Assembly (NCBI GenBank): GCA_976551045.1
Contig: CDPCPM010000180.1
Location: 33,356,001 to 33,420,000, forward strand
Reading direction: 5' to 3'
DNA from: Glaucostegus cemiculus
Taxonomy: Eukaryota
DNA: 64,000 nucleotides
Shown here: positions 26,329 through 38,920 of the stretch, piece by piece
How the letters are laid out: each line of letters begins with the position of its first letter
Position numbering within the stretch: position 1 is the stretch's first letter
Position numbers and translations under genes: made by a program
Notes under the pieces: generated by a model
Told to the model about the DNA's origin: nothing
The model's database searches: none
The model's input: only the letters and a program-made list of their open reading frames with translations

Positions 26329-28365
26329 TTAGTAATCTGTGATGTTCTCTGTTTTCCTTAGCATGTTTCATGGAGCATTTCTAAAACTCCTAAAAAGAGA
26401 ACAAAACGTTTTTCATTGATTCTTTTTTCCTGAAATGTTACCTTTAAGTTTTGTAATAAAGAAACAGAGCCCTATAACAAATATAGGTGGGAATTTCCAC
26501 TGAATTCCTCTCATTCTGCCACCAACATCACTGAAACTGTGGTAGTAGCCCTGTTCGTTCATGGAATTAAGTAGTTTCAAAGTACAACTAAACATGAGTC
26601 ATTTGTCCCTCAGGATAAGCTCCTGCAGCCATTCCACATTTTAAAGAACTAAATTTTTGATTTTCACAGCAATAATAAAATTAATAAGATTACCAGCAAA
26701 AGCGGCCTTCTTTAAATTTTTCCCTGTGATACCTTGGACTATTACAAATTGGAGATGGTTTCAAATTCATTTGACTCCAACATGCCAACCTTTCAACTTT
26801 AGTATCAGCAAAAATCACAGTGAATCCATAACATCTCAGACATGGAGAAAGTATCATGGACAAATCTCCAAAAAGGATATTTCTCTGAGTGGGGTTACAG
26901 GGTGGAGTTACTCATTGTCATATATAATTGATTCAAGGCAGAGATAACCACCAGCAAGAGGGATTTGACAATGAGCAGAATCTTAATGATGCTGTCACAA
27001 AAATCAAATGAGGCAAAAGTGATCTGAAGATGGAACGCAAGCTTCCACCTGACGGCATCTGCTGAGATAAGGCCTGGAGCCAGTGAGTGTGGGAGGCTGA
27101 CTTAGAGCGGGAGAAACATCATTTCAAGAGCTCCTTCTTTCATTGAGGAATTTTTAAGTTTCTTTCCAGGACCTTCCATGTGTTCGCCATAGGAACAGAT
27201 GGGCAATCCTTTGGGGACCCAGGCTGTGCTACCCCACTACCTGTTCCATGTGGCTGGCAGGGTAAGAATGGTAAGCAGTGCTTGTCCTTGTGGAGCACCT
27301 GCATCAGACAAGTGCAGTGCATCTAATGCCTTAAATGTTCTATTATTTCCCATTGTTTCAGAAGAGATCAGGAGAAAAGAATACAGCTCATGGCGAAATA
27401 TCAACATCTTGCTGTCAAATCCTTACATTTCATATTTCACTTGCAATCAAGGAAGCTAAATAAATACAGTAATATCAGCAGCTCCTATTTTTCATGTTTC
27501 TTTATGACATAGAAGGCCATTGAGTCTATGCCAACTCTCAGGGGAATCCCATTCCCTCATTTACTACTCTGTAAGCTATTCTCTATTTTTTGCTAAATTT
27601 TATGAAAAGGAATTTTATTCTATATCTCAAATTTTGGGCAGTGATTTGTGAACTCTGTAAGGACAAACTTTCATGACCCAAATGGCAGCATGAGGGGGTC
27701 ACCTGCATTGAAAACAATAGGATACATTCTGGCCACAAACAACTGGCAGTTTAGAGTTGAATTTTGCAATCTATTCTCTATATTTCTTAAATATACTTCA
27801 TTATTAGATTCAACTTTTCCACCTATTCCCTGAAAGATCAAAACTTACTGTTTCTCCTGGGAACTGAGTATAAATTCTTGTTTTGAACGCTGAGGAGAAA
27901 ATCCGGTTAAACGGTATCATAGTTGGCCCTCTGTGAAGTCACAATGATGCAGTAACATTACCACAAAAAACAATGAATTAAAATCCTTAGAATTACTTTC
28001 TGAAACACATTATTACAGACTGAACATTGCAATTATCTTTGTAACAACATCATGTTTTAAAAGGACTTTTAAAGAATGATAACATGTCTATTCCAAAGTT
28101 GCTGCATTTCATTTTTCAGTAATTGGGTTAATGGTGTCACAAGGGCCTTGAAATCTATGAAGATCCTCCTTGATTCAGGTACAAAATACTTTTATTTTTT
28201 TCAGGATGTGCATGTTGCTGGCAAGACTGGCATTTATTTATTGCTTATGCCAGAAAGATGCCTTCTTGAACCACTGCAGTCCTGCTGGTGAGGGTGCTGC
28301 TGCAGTACCATTGGGGAGGTGCCTACCGTTCTAACCATTGTGACAATGAAGAAACACGTGATGTA

Positions 28366-29299
28366 TGACACGATGAGTCGGACTATAGAGAGGAGGTGAA
28401 CCAACTAGCCGTGTGGTGCCATGACAACAACCTCTCCTTGAATGTGGATAAAACCAAGGAGATGATAGTGGATTTTAGGAGGGGTCACCGTGTGCACGCT
28501 CCGCTGACCATCAACGGGTCTGCTGTGGAACAAGTACGCAGCACCAAGTTCCTGGGGGTGCACATCACCGACGACCTGACCTGGTCCACTAACATTACGG
28601 CCCTCACGAAGAAGGCTCAGAAACGCCTCTACTTCCTGCGGAGACTGAGGAAAGCGTACCCACACCCCTCAGTCATGAAATCCTTCTACAGGGGGACCAT
28701 TGAGAGCATCCTAACTCAATGTATCTCTGTTTGGTTTGGAAGCTGCTCAGCTGCTGGGCGGAAGTCCCTCCAGAAGATAGTCAAGGCTGCGGAGTGGATC
28801 ATAGGTGTCTCGCTTCCATCCCTCGCAGACATATACAAAGACCGTTGTGTGAGGAAGACCAAAAGCATAATGGCCGACCCCTCTCACCCCTCCCACCACC
28901 TCTTCACAATTTTGCCATCAGGGAGGAGGCTTAAATGTATCAGGGCAAGATCGTCCAGGCTGAACAATAGCTTCTTTCCGCAAGCCATAAGAACTGCAAA
29001 CTCTCTCATCCCTCCATCTTCCTTTGTTAACACTAGGAGACGCTAGGCGCACAGAAATGCACCAGCACTTTAAATGCCCGACACCAGCCCGTTCACTTTA
29101 AGATCTATTTATGTAAGAACTAATGGGTAATGTTTTGTACTGTGTATTCTGCCAAGTGTGTATGTGTCTCTCTGTTGGTTGTTATGTTATTCTTTTTTTT
29201 ATGAGACGTGTTCCTGTGGAGGACGGTATCTCGCTCCTATGCGTACCATGTATGTATATGGTTGTGACAATAAAACTGATTCTGATTCTGATTCTGATA
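28366..29299 (+). mobile_element. Young Rex1/Babar LINE 3' part with open 216-aa frame
   Basis: WCHDNNLSLNVDKTKEMIVDFRR...AQKRLYFLRRLRK; AATAAA followed by (CTGATT)n tail. Confidence 0.92.
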
Positions 29300-31080
29300 T
29301 TCAAATTAGAACAGTAGGCACCTTGGAGAGGAGCCTGTAGGTGGCGGTGCTGCTAGCCTCGTCATCCTTAGTGATTGTGGACACGGGATTAGGAAATGTA
29401 GTCGGAGGACATGCTACCCATGCAATCATGGTGTACTGATGGTGCAGGGAATATTTAGGTAGTGCCTATGGTGCTAATAAATGGGCCGCTTTGTTCCGAT
29501 GGTGCTGAGATTCCAGAATGTTTGAATTGCACTTGTTCAGGCAACTGGGGAGAATTCCAACACTTGTGCCTTGTGAATAATAGAAAGGATAAGTAACTCA
29601 CGTCTGACCTACTCTTGTAGCCACAGTACTTATGTGACTGGACCAGTTGAGCTTCTGGTCAGTGGTGATTCCAATGATGCCAATGATGGGGGTTTCAGCA
29701 GTGGCAATGCCAATGAATGTCGGGGATGTATGATGAGACTCTCTTTTATTGGTATTTATCAGCTTATGCCTAAATGTTGTCTGGATCTTGCTGTATGCAA
29801 TCATGGACTAGTTCATTTGCTGAGAAATGAAATAAAGATTATGCAATCCTCAGTGAACATTACCATTTCTAACCTTACGATGAAATGTCATTAATAAAGC
29901 AGCTGAAGACGTTTTACTCCACAACATTATATGAAGTATGACTCCCACCACTGGAGTGCTTTCTCTGTGATGCCTACTGACCTCAGTTTTACCAGGGATC
30001 ATTAAAGCTACACTGAGTTAAAGGCTCCTTGTTGGCAAGGGTAGTCACTCTCTTTTCACCTCTGGTAATCAGCACTTAGGCCTATGTTTGGACCAAGGTT
30101 ACGATGATATGTAGAGTCAAACGGTCCTAGAGAAAACGAGTAGGTATTGAGCAGGCTATTGGTGACTAAGTGCCACTTGATAGTATTTTTCAATGACACC
30201 TTCCAATACTTTGCTGATCATTTGAAAGTACTGATTGAGAATAATTAGTTCAATTGGATTTGGCCTGATTTTTGTAACTCTGGGCAATTTTCCACATTGT
30301 TGGGTGAATGCCAACCAGATGATAATTGTACTGCTTACTGGGTAAAAACATGGCACATTCCAGAGCCCAGGTCTTCAATCCCAACGCCGAGATGTTATCT
30401 GGCTCCATAGCATTTGCAGTATGCAGTGCTCTCAGCCGCTTCTTGATATCATGTAGAGTTAATTGAATTAGCTGAAGACTGGCCTCTGGAGGAAGTTGAG
30501 GTGAGTTCTGAGTGTACCTGCAAACACTTCAGCCTCACATTTAGTACCACATGCTGCGGCCCATCATTGGTAAGGATGGAGATACTTTTGGAGTCTCTGC
30601 CTCCTGTTACCTGCTTAATTATTCACCACCATTCACAACTATGTGAGACTGGATGGTAAATGGTAAATTATTGTCACATGTACCAAGATACAGTGAAAAG
30701 CTTTTGTTTGCATTCCATATATAAGTACATCAAGCTAGTACAAAACATAAAACATTAACAGAATGCTCCACTAGTTGTGGGATTGCTCAGCTCTGTTGCA
30801 CATAGTTTTTGCAGTTTAGTATGCAATTAGTTCTGTGTTGTATTTTCAGCAGGTTGGTATCTCTTTTTTAAACATGCCTGATGCTTCTCCTAGTAAGTCC
30901 TCATGCACCCCTAACTGAACCAGGGTTGATCCCCTGGTTTGATGGTAATGATAGAGTGAGGGATATGTCAAACCATGAGGCTATGAGATCGTGGTGGCGT
31001 AAGTTTCATCTGCTGATTGTCCAGAGTGCCTCATGGATGCCCAATTTTGTGTTGTCAGATCTGTTCTGAGTCTATCCCAT
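29300..31080 (-). mobile_element. Old LINE (same family as 5310/10030) with nested Rex1 tail at 30655-30765
   Basis: GITTDQKLNWSSHI and ISKVLEGVI RT-like remnants. Confidence 0.6.
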
Positions 31081-31084
31081 TAAT

Positions 31085-31695
31085 TGGTATTGGTTTATTA
31101 CTGTCACTTGTATTGAGGTACAGTGAAAAACTTGTCTTGCATACCATTTGTACAGATCAATTCATTACACAGTGTATTGAGGTAGTACAGGGTAAAAACA
31201 ATAACAGAATATAAAGTGTCACAGCTAGAGAGGAAGTGCAGTGCAGGTAGACAATAAGGTGCAAGGTCATAACAAGGTATATTGTGAGGCCAAAAGTCCA
31301 ACTCATCGTATAAGGGAACCTGTTCAATAGTCTTAGAACAGTGGGATAGAAGCTGTCCTTGAGCCTGGTGTAACTTGCCCTCAGGCTGCTGTATCTTCTG
31401 CCTGATGGGAGAGGGGAGAAGAGAGAATGTACTGGGTGGATGGGGGTCATTGATTATGCTGGCTGCTATACCAAGGCAGCGAGAGGTACAGACAGAGTCC
31501 ACGGAGGAGAGGCTGGTTTCCGTAATGTGCTGGGCCACAACCCTCTGCGGTTTCTTGCAGTCTTGGGCAGAGCAGTTGCCATACCAAGCCATGATGCATC
31601 CAGATAGGATGCTTTCTAATAGTACATCGATAAAAGCTGATGAGTGTCAAAGGGGACAAGCCAAATTTCTTTAGCCTCCTGAGGAAGTAGAGGTG
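31085..31695 (-). mobile_element. Rex1 3' fragment (left arm of inverted pair)
   Basis: AWYGNCSAQDCKKPQRVV; LPSGRRYSSL. Confidence 0.88.
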
Positions 31696-31756
31696 CTCAC
31701 TGATTGCGGTCTGTTTGTCAGAAAGTCAAGGATCCAGTTGCAGAGGGAGATGTTGA

Positions 31757-32197
31757 GCCACAGCCAAGAAAGCTCACCAGTGCTTTTACTTCCTCAGGAG
31801 GCTAAAGAAATTTGGCATGGCCCCTTTGACACTCACCAATTTGTATTGATGTACCCTAGAAAGCATCCTATCTGGATGCATCATGGCTTGGTACAGCAAC
31901 TGCTCTGCCCAAGACCACAAGAAACCGTAGAGAGTTGTGGAAACAGCTCAGTACATCACGGAAACCAGCCTTCCCTCCATGTGCTCTGTCTATACTTCTC
32001 ACTGCCTTGGTAAAGCAGCCAGCATAATCAAAGACCCACCCACCCCAGCCATTCTCTCTTCTCCCCTCTCCCATTGAGTAGAAGATGCAAAAGCATGAAA
32101 CCATGTACCACCAGGCTTAAGGACAGCTTCTATTCCACTGTTATAAGACTATTAAATGGTTTCCTAGTATAATAAAATGGACTCTTGACCTCACAAT
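31757..32197 (+). mobile_element. Rex1 3' fragment (right arm of inverted pair)
   Basis: Same segment of the element in the opposite orientation. Confidence 0.88.
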
Positions 32198-32739
32198 CAC
32201 ATACTGGCCAGACCAGATAAGGGAGGCAGATCTCTTCTCTCATCATCAATTTTTTTTAAAAGAGAGGAGCTGAAGTGTCTAGCTTTATTAAATGAAGTTG
32301 GCCCAAAAGGAAATGAGGGCTGGTTAATTATTATAAAAAAGTTCCTGGGCATCAACCCTGGTGTGTGGTCACAATAAATATCATCCATTTGGGAGACTGG
32401 AGTATGCACCTGTGTAGGAACAGCCCAATTTTGTTTTCATAGTGAACAGATAAGCTTGGGTGTTTTCCTTTACAGACAAGACATTTCAATCTGCTCAAAG
32501 GGTCATTCATTGAGCCTGGGCAGACTTGGAAAAATCTCCACTGGTGTGTTTAATCCCACAGTATCAGCCTTCCTCAGCAGCAGTCTCACCAGTAAGGCAA
32601 AGGGTTGTAAGTTTTAGTGCTGACCCAGAAACCTGAGCACACGATCTGGGCCAATGTGTCAGACCCTTACATGCAATATCACAGGGTTTAACAACTTTGC
32701 CATCCCACAGGTTTATCCAAGATAATGCCAGATAATGAT

Positions 32740-33070
32740 GGCATTGATAAGCTGGATGGTCACCCTCTTTATCCCAGGGTAGGGGAGTCTAATACTAGAG
32801 GGCATAGGCTTAAGGTGAGAGAGGAAAAGTCTAAAGTGACCCAAGGGGCAACTTTTTCACACAGAGCGGTGAGTATATAGAATGAGCTGCCAGAGGAAGC
32901 TGTAGAGGCAGGTACAATTACAGATGTTTAAAAGACAGGTACGTGGATAGGAAAGGTTTAGAGGGACATGGGCCAAAAGCAGTCTAATGGGACTAACACA
33001 TGTAAACAACTTGATATGGACGAATTAGGCTGAAGCAGCTGTTTCTGTGCTGTATAACTCTATTACTATA
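32740..33070 (+). mobile_element. CR1 3' fragment
   Basis: Homologous to 25330-25640. Confidence 0.8.
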
Positions 33071-33209
33071 TAATAAGTAAGCTGCAAACCACTGCAGTCA
33101 ATTGACTAAAGATTTAATGCTTTTATTAAAATGAATATATAAAATTATAAACAGAAGCACTACACAATATTCAAGCTGCCATCTTTATTTTCTGAGTCCT
33201 TCTGAGAGA

Positions 33210-33520
33210 GTGCTGCCTTTCAGGGTGAGGTCATTTGAGATGAGTCCTGCAACCCATATGACAATGATTACCCCACATGCTCACACAGTGGGATGTAAAA
33301 GATTCTATGCCACCATTCAAAGAAATACAAGTTCTCCCAAATGTCCTGACCAATATGTATTCAACAACCAACTCATGAAAAATGATATTCTGATTATTTA
33401 TTCTATAGCTGTTTATTGGATTTTCCTGTGTACAATTCGATTGCCCCGTCTCCTGTGTTACAGCATAGTCTGAAATTCAGAAGTACTTCATTCACAGTAA
33501 AACTACAAATTAATGCAGGT
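33210..33520 (+). mobile_element. DeuSINE-like body (AmnSINE1/SacSINE1 type)
   Basis: ggatgtaaaagattctatg...gttctcccaaatgtcctgaccaatat...aagtacttcatt resembles the recalled Deu domain. Confidence 0.6.
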
Positions 33521-33524
33521 GTTA

Positions 33525-33800
33525 TAATACTCAAGGGCACGTATTTAAAGTGAGAGGGGGAAAGTTCAAAGGAGATGTGTGGGGCAATTTTTTTATTTTA
33601 CACAGAGTGTGATGGATGGTTGTGGAGGCAGATATAATAGAGGCATTTAAGCAGCTCTTAGATAGGCACATGAATATGCAGAGAGCAGAAGGATATGGAC
33701 TATGTGCAGGCAGAAGGGATTAGGTGTTATTATCTTAATTAGTTCAGCACAACATCATGCGCTGAAGGGCCTGTTCCCATGCCATTCTATGTTCTATATG
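33525..33800 (+). mobile_element. CR1 3' fragment
   Basis: CR1 3' UTR with ttctatgttctat tail. Confidence 0.8.
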
Positions 33801-33824
33801 AATTCAATTTTTTTAAGCTCATTC

Positions 33825-34110
33825 AGTGGTACAGTGGCATTGGGGTTATAGAACTGGTATCTGGGCAGCTAGACCGCTGAGTTTGACACTTGAGTTCAAA
33901 TCCCACCGGGCCAGTTGGAGAATTTAAATATAATAAATAAAAGGTGGAGGGAAATATCTGTGATGGTGGCCACAAAAAAATTGTTGGATTGCCATGAAAA
34001 GCAATCTGGTTCACTAATGACCTTCCAGAAATGAAATCCAACACTGTCACCTGATCTGGTCTGTACATGACTCCAAACTCACAACAAGGTGGTTGTCTCT
34101 GAATCGGACT
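33825..34110 (+). mobile_element. tRNA-derived SINE (related pieces at 55345 and 56080)
   Basis: gagttcaaatccc B box; ctggttcactaatg...gaaatc...acctgatctggtctgtacatgactcc core. Confidence 0.6.
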
Positions 34111-36486
34111 GGCTGCTTAGTTCAGAGTTAGGTGACAAATGAGATCAAATATACCAAGAAACACATTTGTATGTCATGCTGGCTTTGACACTGGTTTGGA
34201 GCTTAAGGCCAATAGTGCTAATCAACAGCCTTTCCAAACCTTTAATAGGAAAGGCCAGTAAATAAGGACAAGTAGACTGAGTTAATTGAGCTTTTGGAAC
34301 TGAATTGCCAAGGGCTTATGTTTACAGGTAGCCTACTGAAATTTAAAAGATCCTTTGGAGTAGAATCACAGTATTAGGATTTCTACCAACAACAATTAAG
34401 ACTCAAGGATGTTTCTCCAGACCAGAACTATAGTTGGCAGAGAGTGCAGATAGTCAAAGTCAAAGTTGAGTTTACTATCATATGCACAAGTACATGTATG
34501 CACAGGTGCAATGAAAAACTTACTTGCAGCAGCATCACAGGCACATAGCGTCATATAAGCAACATTCACAAGAAAAAACAAATTAAATATAAATGTTTAC
34601 ATACATGTGACAGATGTGCTATGAAACATTTAGGCACAGACTATTTTGCAGTAGCTCAGAATTCACTGCCACTGGTGAGACATCTGCATTCACCACTAAC
34701 CTATGCATTAATTCTGCACTTACTTGGTGTCAATGTGTTACCAAATTGGCACAATCTTCAGAAACATTCAAAAACTATTAAAAATCAAATTATTACAATA
34801 ATATAATTATTACACAATTTTTAAAACGATCCACAAACAAACTGCTTATACAAAGTAAAGCAATTAAAACCTGTATATTACCTAGAACTTACCTTTGTCC
34901 CTTGCTGCTCCTCTCCATGCAAATGGAATTACTGTTCCTGTGCCAGGGAATTGCCCAACTCCATGCTCTTCTCCTGCCTTGGCTGAACGTGTGACAACAT
35001 TGTTATTATCATGGAAATCCCAAAGTTGCTGTGGGGAAAGTGTCTGATACCTGCTGATATTTTCCCTCAAAATCTGGACAACACATCAGAGACTGCACAC
35101 TTTCATGCAGTGTCACAGTACTTAAAAACATTTTTCTTACCCCATGCAAGCTATTTTGCAGGCTGCAAACCAGGGGACAAATAATATCAGTCAATTGGCT
35201 AAAGATTTAACATATTTTATTAAATATATAAAAGTAGCACTGTGCAGCATTCAAGCTGTTGTCTTTATTAAGCTGCTAAAAAAACACATTATAATGTACA
35301 CCAGTGAGTAAGTAACCCAGTATTTCAATGCATAAAATAACTTTACCTTTCTTCCAGTCACATGATCAGTATAATGCATTTGGATATATCATGAAGACTT
35401 CTAATTGCATTATCTGATGTCAATCTACAGGGATCTGAGGCAGTTGTCTATACTGGTAAGGCACCCAAGCTTACATATGCAAGACTTGTTATTAGGTCTT
35501 ATTTGACCTTAACAGGACTATTTATACAATTCAACAGGAGTAGAAGATGTGGCACAGTCTCTGGGTTCAAATAACTTGCATAAAACTCTTCAGCCAAGGA
35601 TAGTACAGAAGATTAGCAACTCCTTTTTATTTTCTGGGGTGCATTTGAATTTAAGCCAGTTAACGGCTGGGAGGAGTGTATGTGAACTAATTGGGCATTT
35701 TCATCCCAGACTCTGGATAGGTGTTCCACTTCACCACCTCATATTGCTCATAATTTCTGATCACCACACTAAATTGTTCATCTTACTCAAAAAAAGCTTG
35801 TCTGGGAAATGCTAATGTCAAAAGCTGCCCTAAAATTAGAGTTAAGGCAAATTATTGAGACCATAAAGTGCAAGGTTTACCCTCCTCTAACTCCATGCAG
35901 CGCAATACCTGGGAATGGGAAACACTTGATGCTGACACCAAACTGTAAAAAGAACAGAATTTTACCATTTTCTTGCACTGACTTCTCAATCAGGGGATTA
36001 CAAAATTCACCAGTTTAAATAAAAACAATAATTGAAAAACAAGACCTCGAGTTTCACTGATTTATCACTGTTTTGCAACTAGCTCCTAGCTTTATTCCAT
36101 GTAAATTAATATTTTTTTAAAACAAACTGGAATTTTTTTCATAGTAAAAATTTAGGACTTTGAAGGACGATTCAAGCATATAACTTTTAAGGAATGTGTT
36201 TGGCCATGTTTTGTCTTTCAAAATAATTAAAAGCAGTACAACATGAAAAAACATATAATTAATATATTAAGTTATCCACAGAAATCAACCAACATTTTTA
36301 ATGTCTTAAAAATATATATATATTACAGTGGCAGGTGAGCACCCTATCAAAAGTGCATGCATTTTATAAAAGGATTTTTAAATATATTACATTTCTTTAT
36401 CCTATATACTTGTTTGATCTTGGTATACAAAGGCAGGAATAAACATATGCAATCCATTAGTTCATTAGACCATGAGGAACACACTT

Positions 36487-36812
36487 TCAAACTGTTGTTA
36501 CCCTCATTACCACTTCAGCAGAACTGTTGTCATCATACTCCTCATCTTGGGGTCTGAATCGGGTGAGCAAATGTAACAAAGTGTAGCTGCAGTGAAATGG
36601 TTCAGACATTAACCTGGTGGAGCCAACAGGCCTCCGTGTTCTGAACTGATTCAGAGATGACCAAAGGGTCTGATTAACTGAGCTTTCAGCGTGGTTGCTG
36701 TTTACTTCTAGGTCTTTTGCTTTATCATAATTTAACACGGTCCAGTGCAGATTAACAGCTCTCCAGCGTTTAAACACTCGATAAATTGCTGCTCCTTCGT
36801 GAATGATCAGTC
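36487..36812 (-). CDS. MARCHF11: MARCHF11-like, exon 4 (cytoplasmic tail with YxxL and PDZ-binding motif)
   Basis: Acceptor tttccacag, phase 1. GLIIHEGAAIYRVFKRWRAVNLHWTVLNYDK...YTLL...EVVMRVTTV*. Spliced CDS is 1035 nt. Confidence 0.93.
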
Positions 36813-37819
36813 CTGTGGAAACAGTATCAGATTATCAAAGCGAATATGATCACAGATCCTCCTTGCATTGTGTACATGTCACAGGTCTCTATTAATAATT
36901 GTGTCAGAGGGAGTAGCCTGTTTCCTGTTAGAGGACACCCCATCCCCTCAACCTTTACAACAGCTGTACGACACATCCTGGGTTACTGTTATTTGACTAG
37001 GAATTGAGCAGACTGCAGAAACTGAATCTGCAATCTTTTATCAGAATGTTTGATGTACTGGGTTCCAATCATTTTTTCACTAAATATAAGGCTATTTAAC
37101 AACTTATCAACTTTATTCTATGGATTAGATTCTGCAAGTCACTGGGCATGCACAATATTAAATATCAATGTGACCTTTTAAGTGGCATGTAAAAGGATTC
37201 ATATTGTTAACATTAAAATAAAAATATTTGATTCCTAAACTACAACTTTTATAATATACAGTATATATATAAAATCTTCAATCAGCAGAAATTTTATTTT
37301 TAAAAATTTAACATCATAAAATAATACTTAACTTACTGGTTACCGAGGCTAAAGGGAAAAGTGACAAATAACACCATGAATAGAACTGGGTAGAATTAAG
37401 TTCTATGCTTTATTGCTATATGGATTGTACATGTGTGGCTAAAATTTATAGGGACCAGTAAAAGTAGCTTTAAGTTAATGAATGTGGATTCTGTGCATGG
37501 AGTCCAGCATCTAAAACCTTCTGCAAATTAGGAGGCCACAGCAGAGCTAAAGGATTCTACCACCAATGAAAAGAACCTTATATGTTTCAGTAAGATCACC
37601 CCTCATTCTTCTATACTCCAGTATATAGTCCCAACCTGTTTAGCCTCTCTTGATAGAATCCTCTCATCACAGGAATTAGCCTGATGAATCTTCTTTTACT
37701 GCCTCCAGTGTTACCATACCCTTTCTTAGACTAGTGGTCTGGAACAACACATGTCTCCAGTTAAATTGTACCTTTATAGCTATAATACTAGCACCTATCC
37801 AACAATGTGCAAGCTATTG

Positions 37820-38260
37820 CTGTGCTGGAAATCTGAATAAGACAAAGATACAGAAAATGCTGGGGATTTGGGCAGGCAACATCTGTGAAGAGAAAACCAA
37901 GTTAACATTTCAGGTAAATTAGCTTTCATTAGAACTAAGGAAAGGTCAAAGTTGCAGAGAAAGTGGGGAGGGACAGAGAGATCAAAAGAGAAGGTCTGTG
38001 AAAAGGTGGAGATCTGAGAGGCAGCGTTGATAGTGCTGGCTGAGAAAAGGTGGAAAACCTGGTGAATAAGAAAAGACATAAATGAGAGAAGATGAATGAC
38101 ATCTTAAGATATCTGAAGAGGAAAGAGGGAGAAAGAATGCATGTGGAAAATGTGAGATGCAAGACTGAAAAGGCTGATTTGTCTGAAGTTGCTGAGTTCA
38201 CTGTTGAGACCTGAAGGCTATAATGTGTCTTATTTGAAGGTGAGGTGCCATGCATTATGT
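37820..38260 (-). mobile_element. Penelope-like element terminal fragment
   Basis: On -: cagccttcaggtctcaac...aacttcaga-type ORF end, pyrimidine tract, decayed CT(A)ATGA...GAAA motif and cagatgttgcctgc tail. Confidence 0.55.
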
Positions 38261-38727
38261 TGATATTTCATTGAAACAGCATACATACAGAAGTACACAA
38301 GCAAACTGGAGCAGCGGTGGGCCACTTGGCCCCTTGGAGAGATGGGTGACTGCCAGCAGGGACGGTCAGGTAGTGTTGAAGTCTCCTGTAGCTGTTCACT
38401 TCTCTGACAAGTACACAATTACCAAACTTCAGTTCCACTTCCACTATGTTTTTGCCCATCCTTTGATCAACCAATATTCTCTTATAATTAGAGGGAGGGA
38501 AGTACCACTCAAGGACAAAAGGGGGAATTTATGCCTGGAGCTAGAGGAAATGGGCGAGGTACTAAATTAAACCAGCAAAGTGCTGGATTTGTGGATGAAT
38601 GCTATTAAACTTCAGTGACATTTTGCTCTCTGCTATTTTTATGCAGCATTTAGTTTCATCAGTGGTAGTTCATAGACTTTAACATGCTGGCAAAAATATG
38701 CATTCAGTTCTCTTGCATTCAACCTAC

Positions 38728-38920
38728 CTATGCAAACAAGGTCCATAAATCCATACATCCCATAGCAGATCTGAAATAAGATGTCTCTTCTCTGCCAGAC
38801 TGCAGCAGGACTGAAGGCTGACCATAAAAGCCAGGTCACACTTGCTATCAGGAAAAGGCAACCAAGGATCACTGCTATGATTTGAACCTTCTCAACCAAG
38901 GTCACTGTGATAGGCTCCCA
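38728..38920 (-). CDS. MARCHF11: MARCHF11-like, exon 3 (two TM helices)
   Basis: [38 protein letters not shown]...[12 protein letters not shown]; acceptor cttcctgtag, donor G|gtaggt; 193 nt. Confidence 0.93.
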
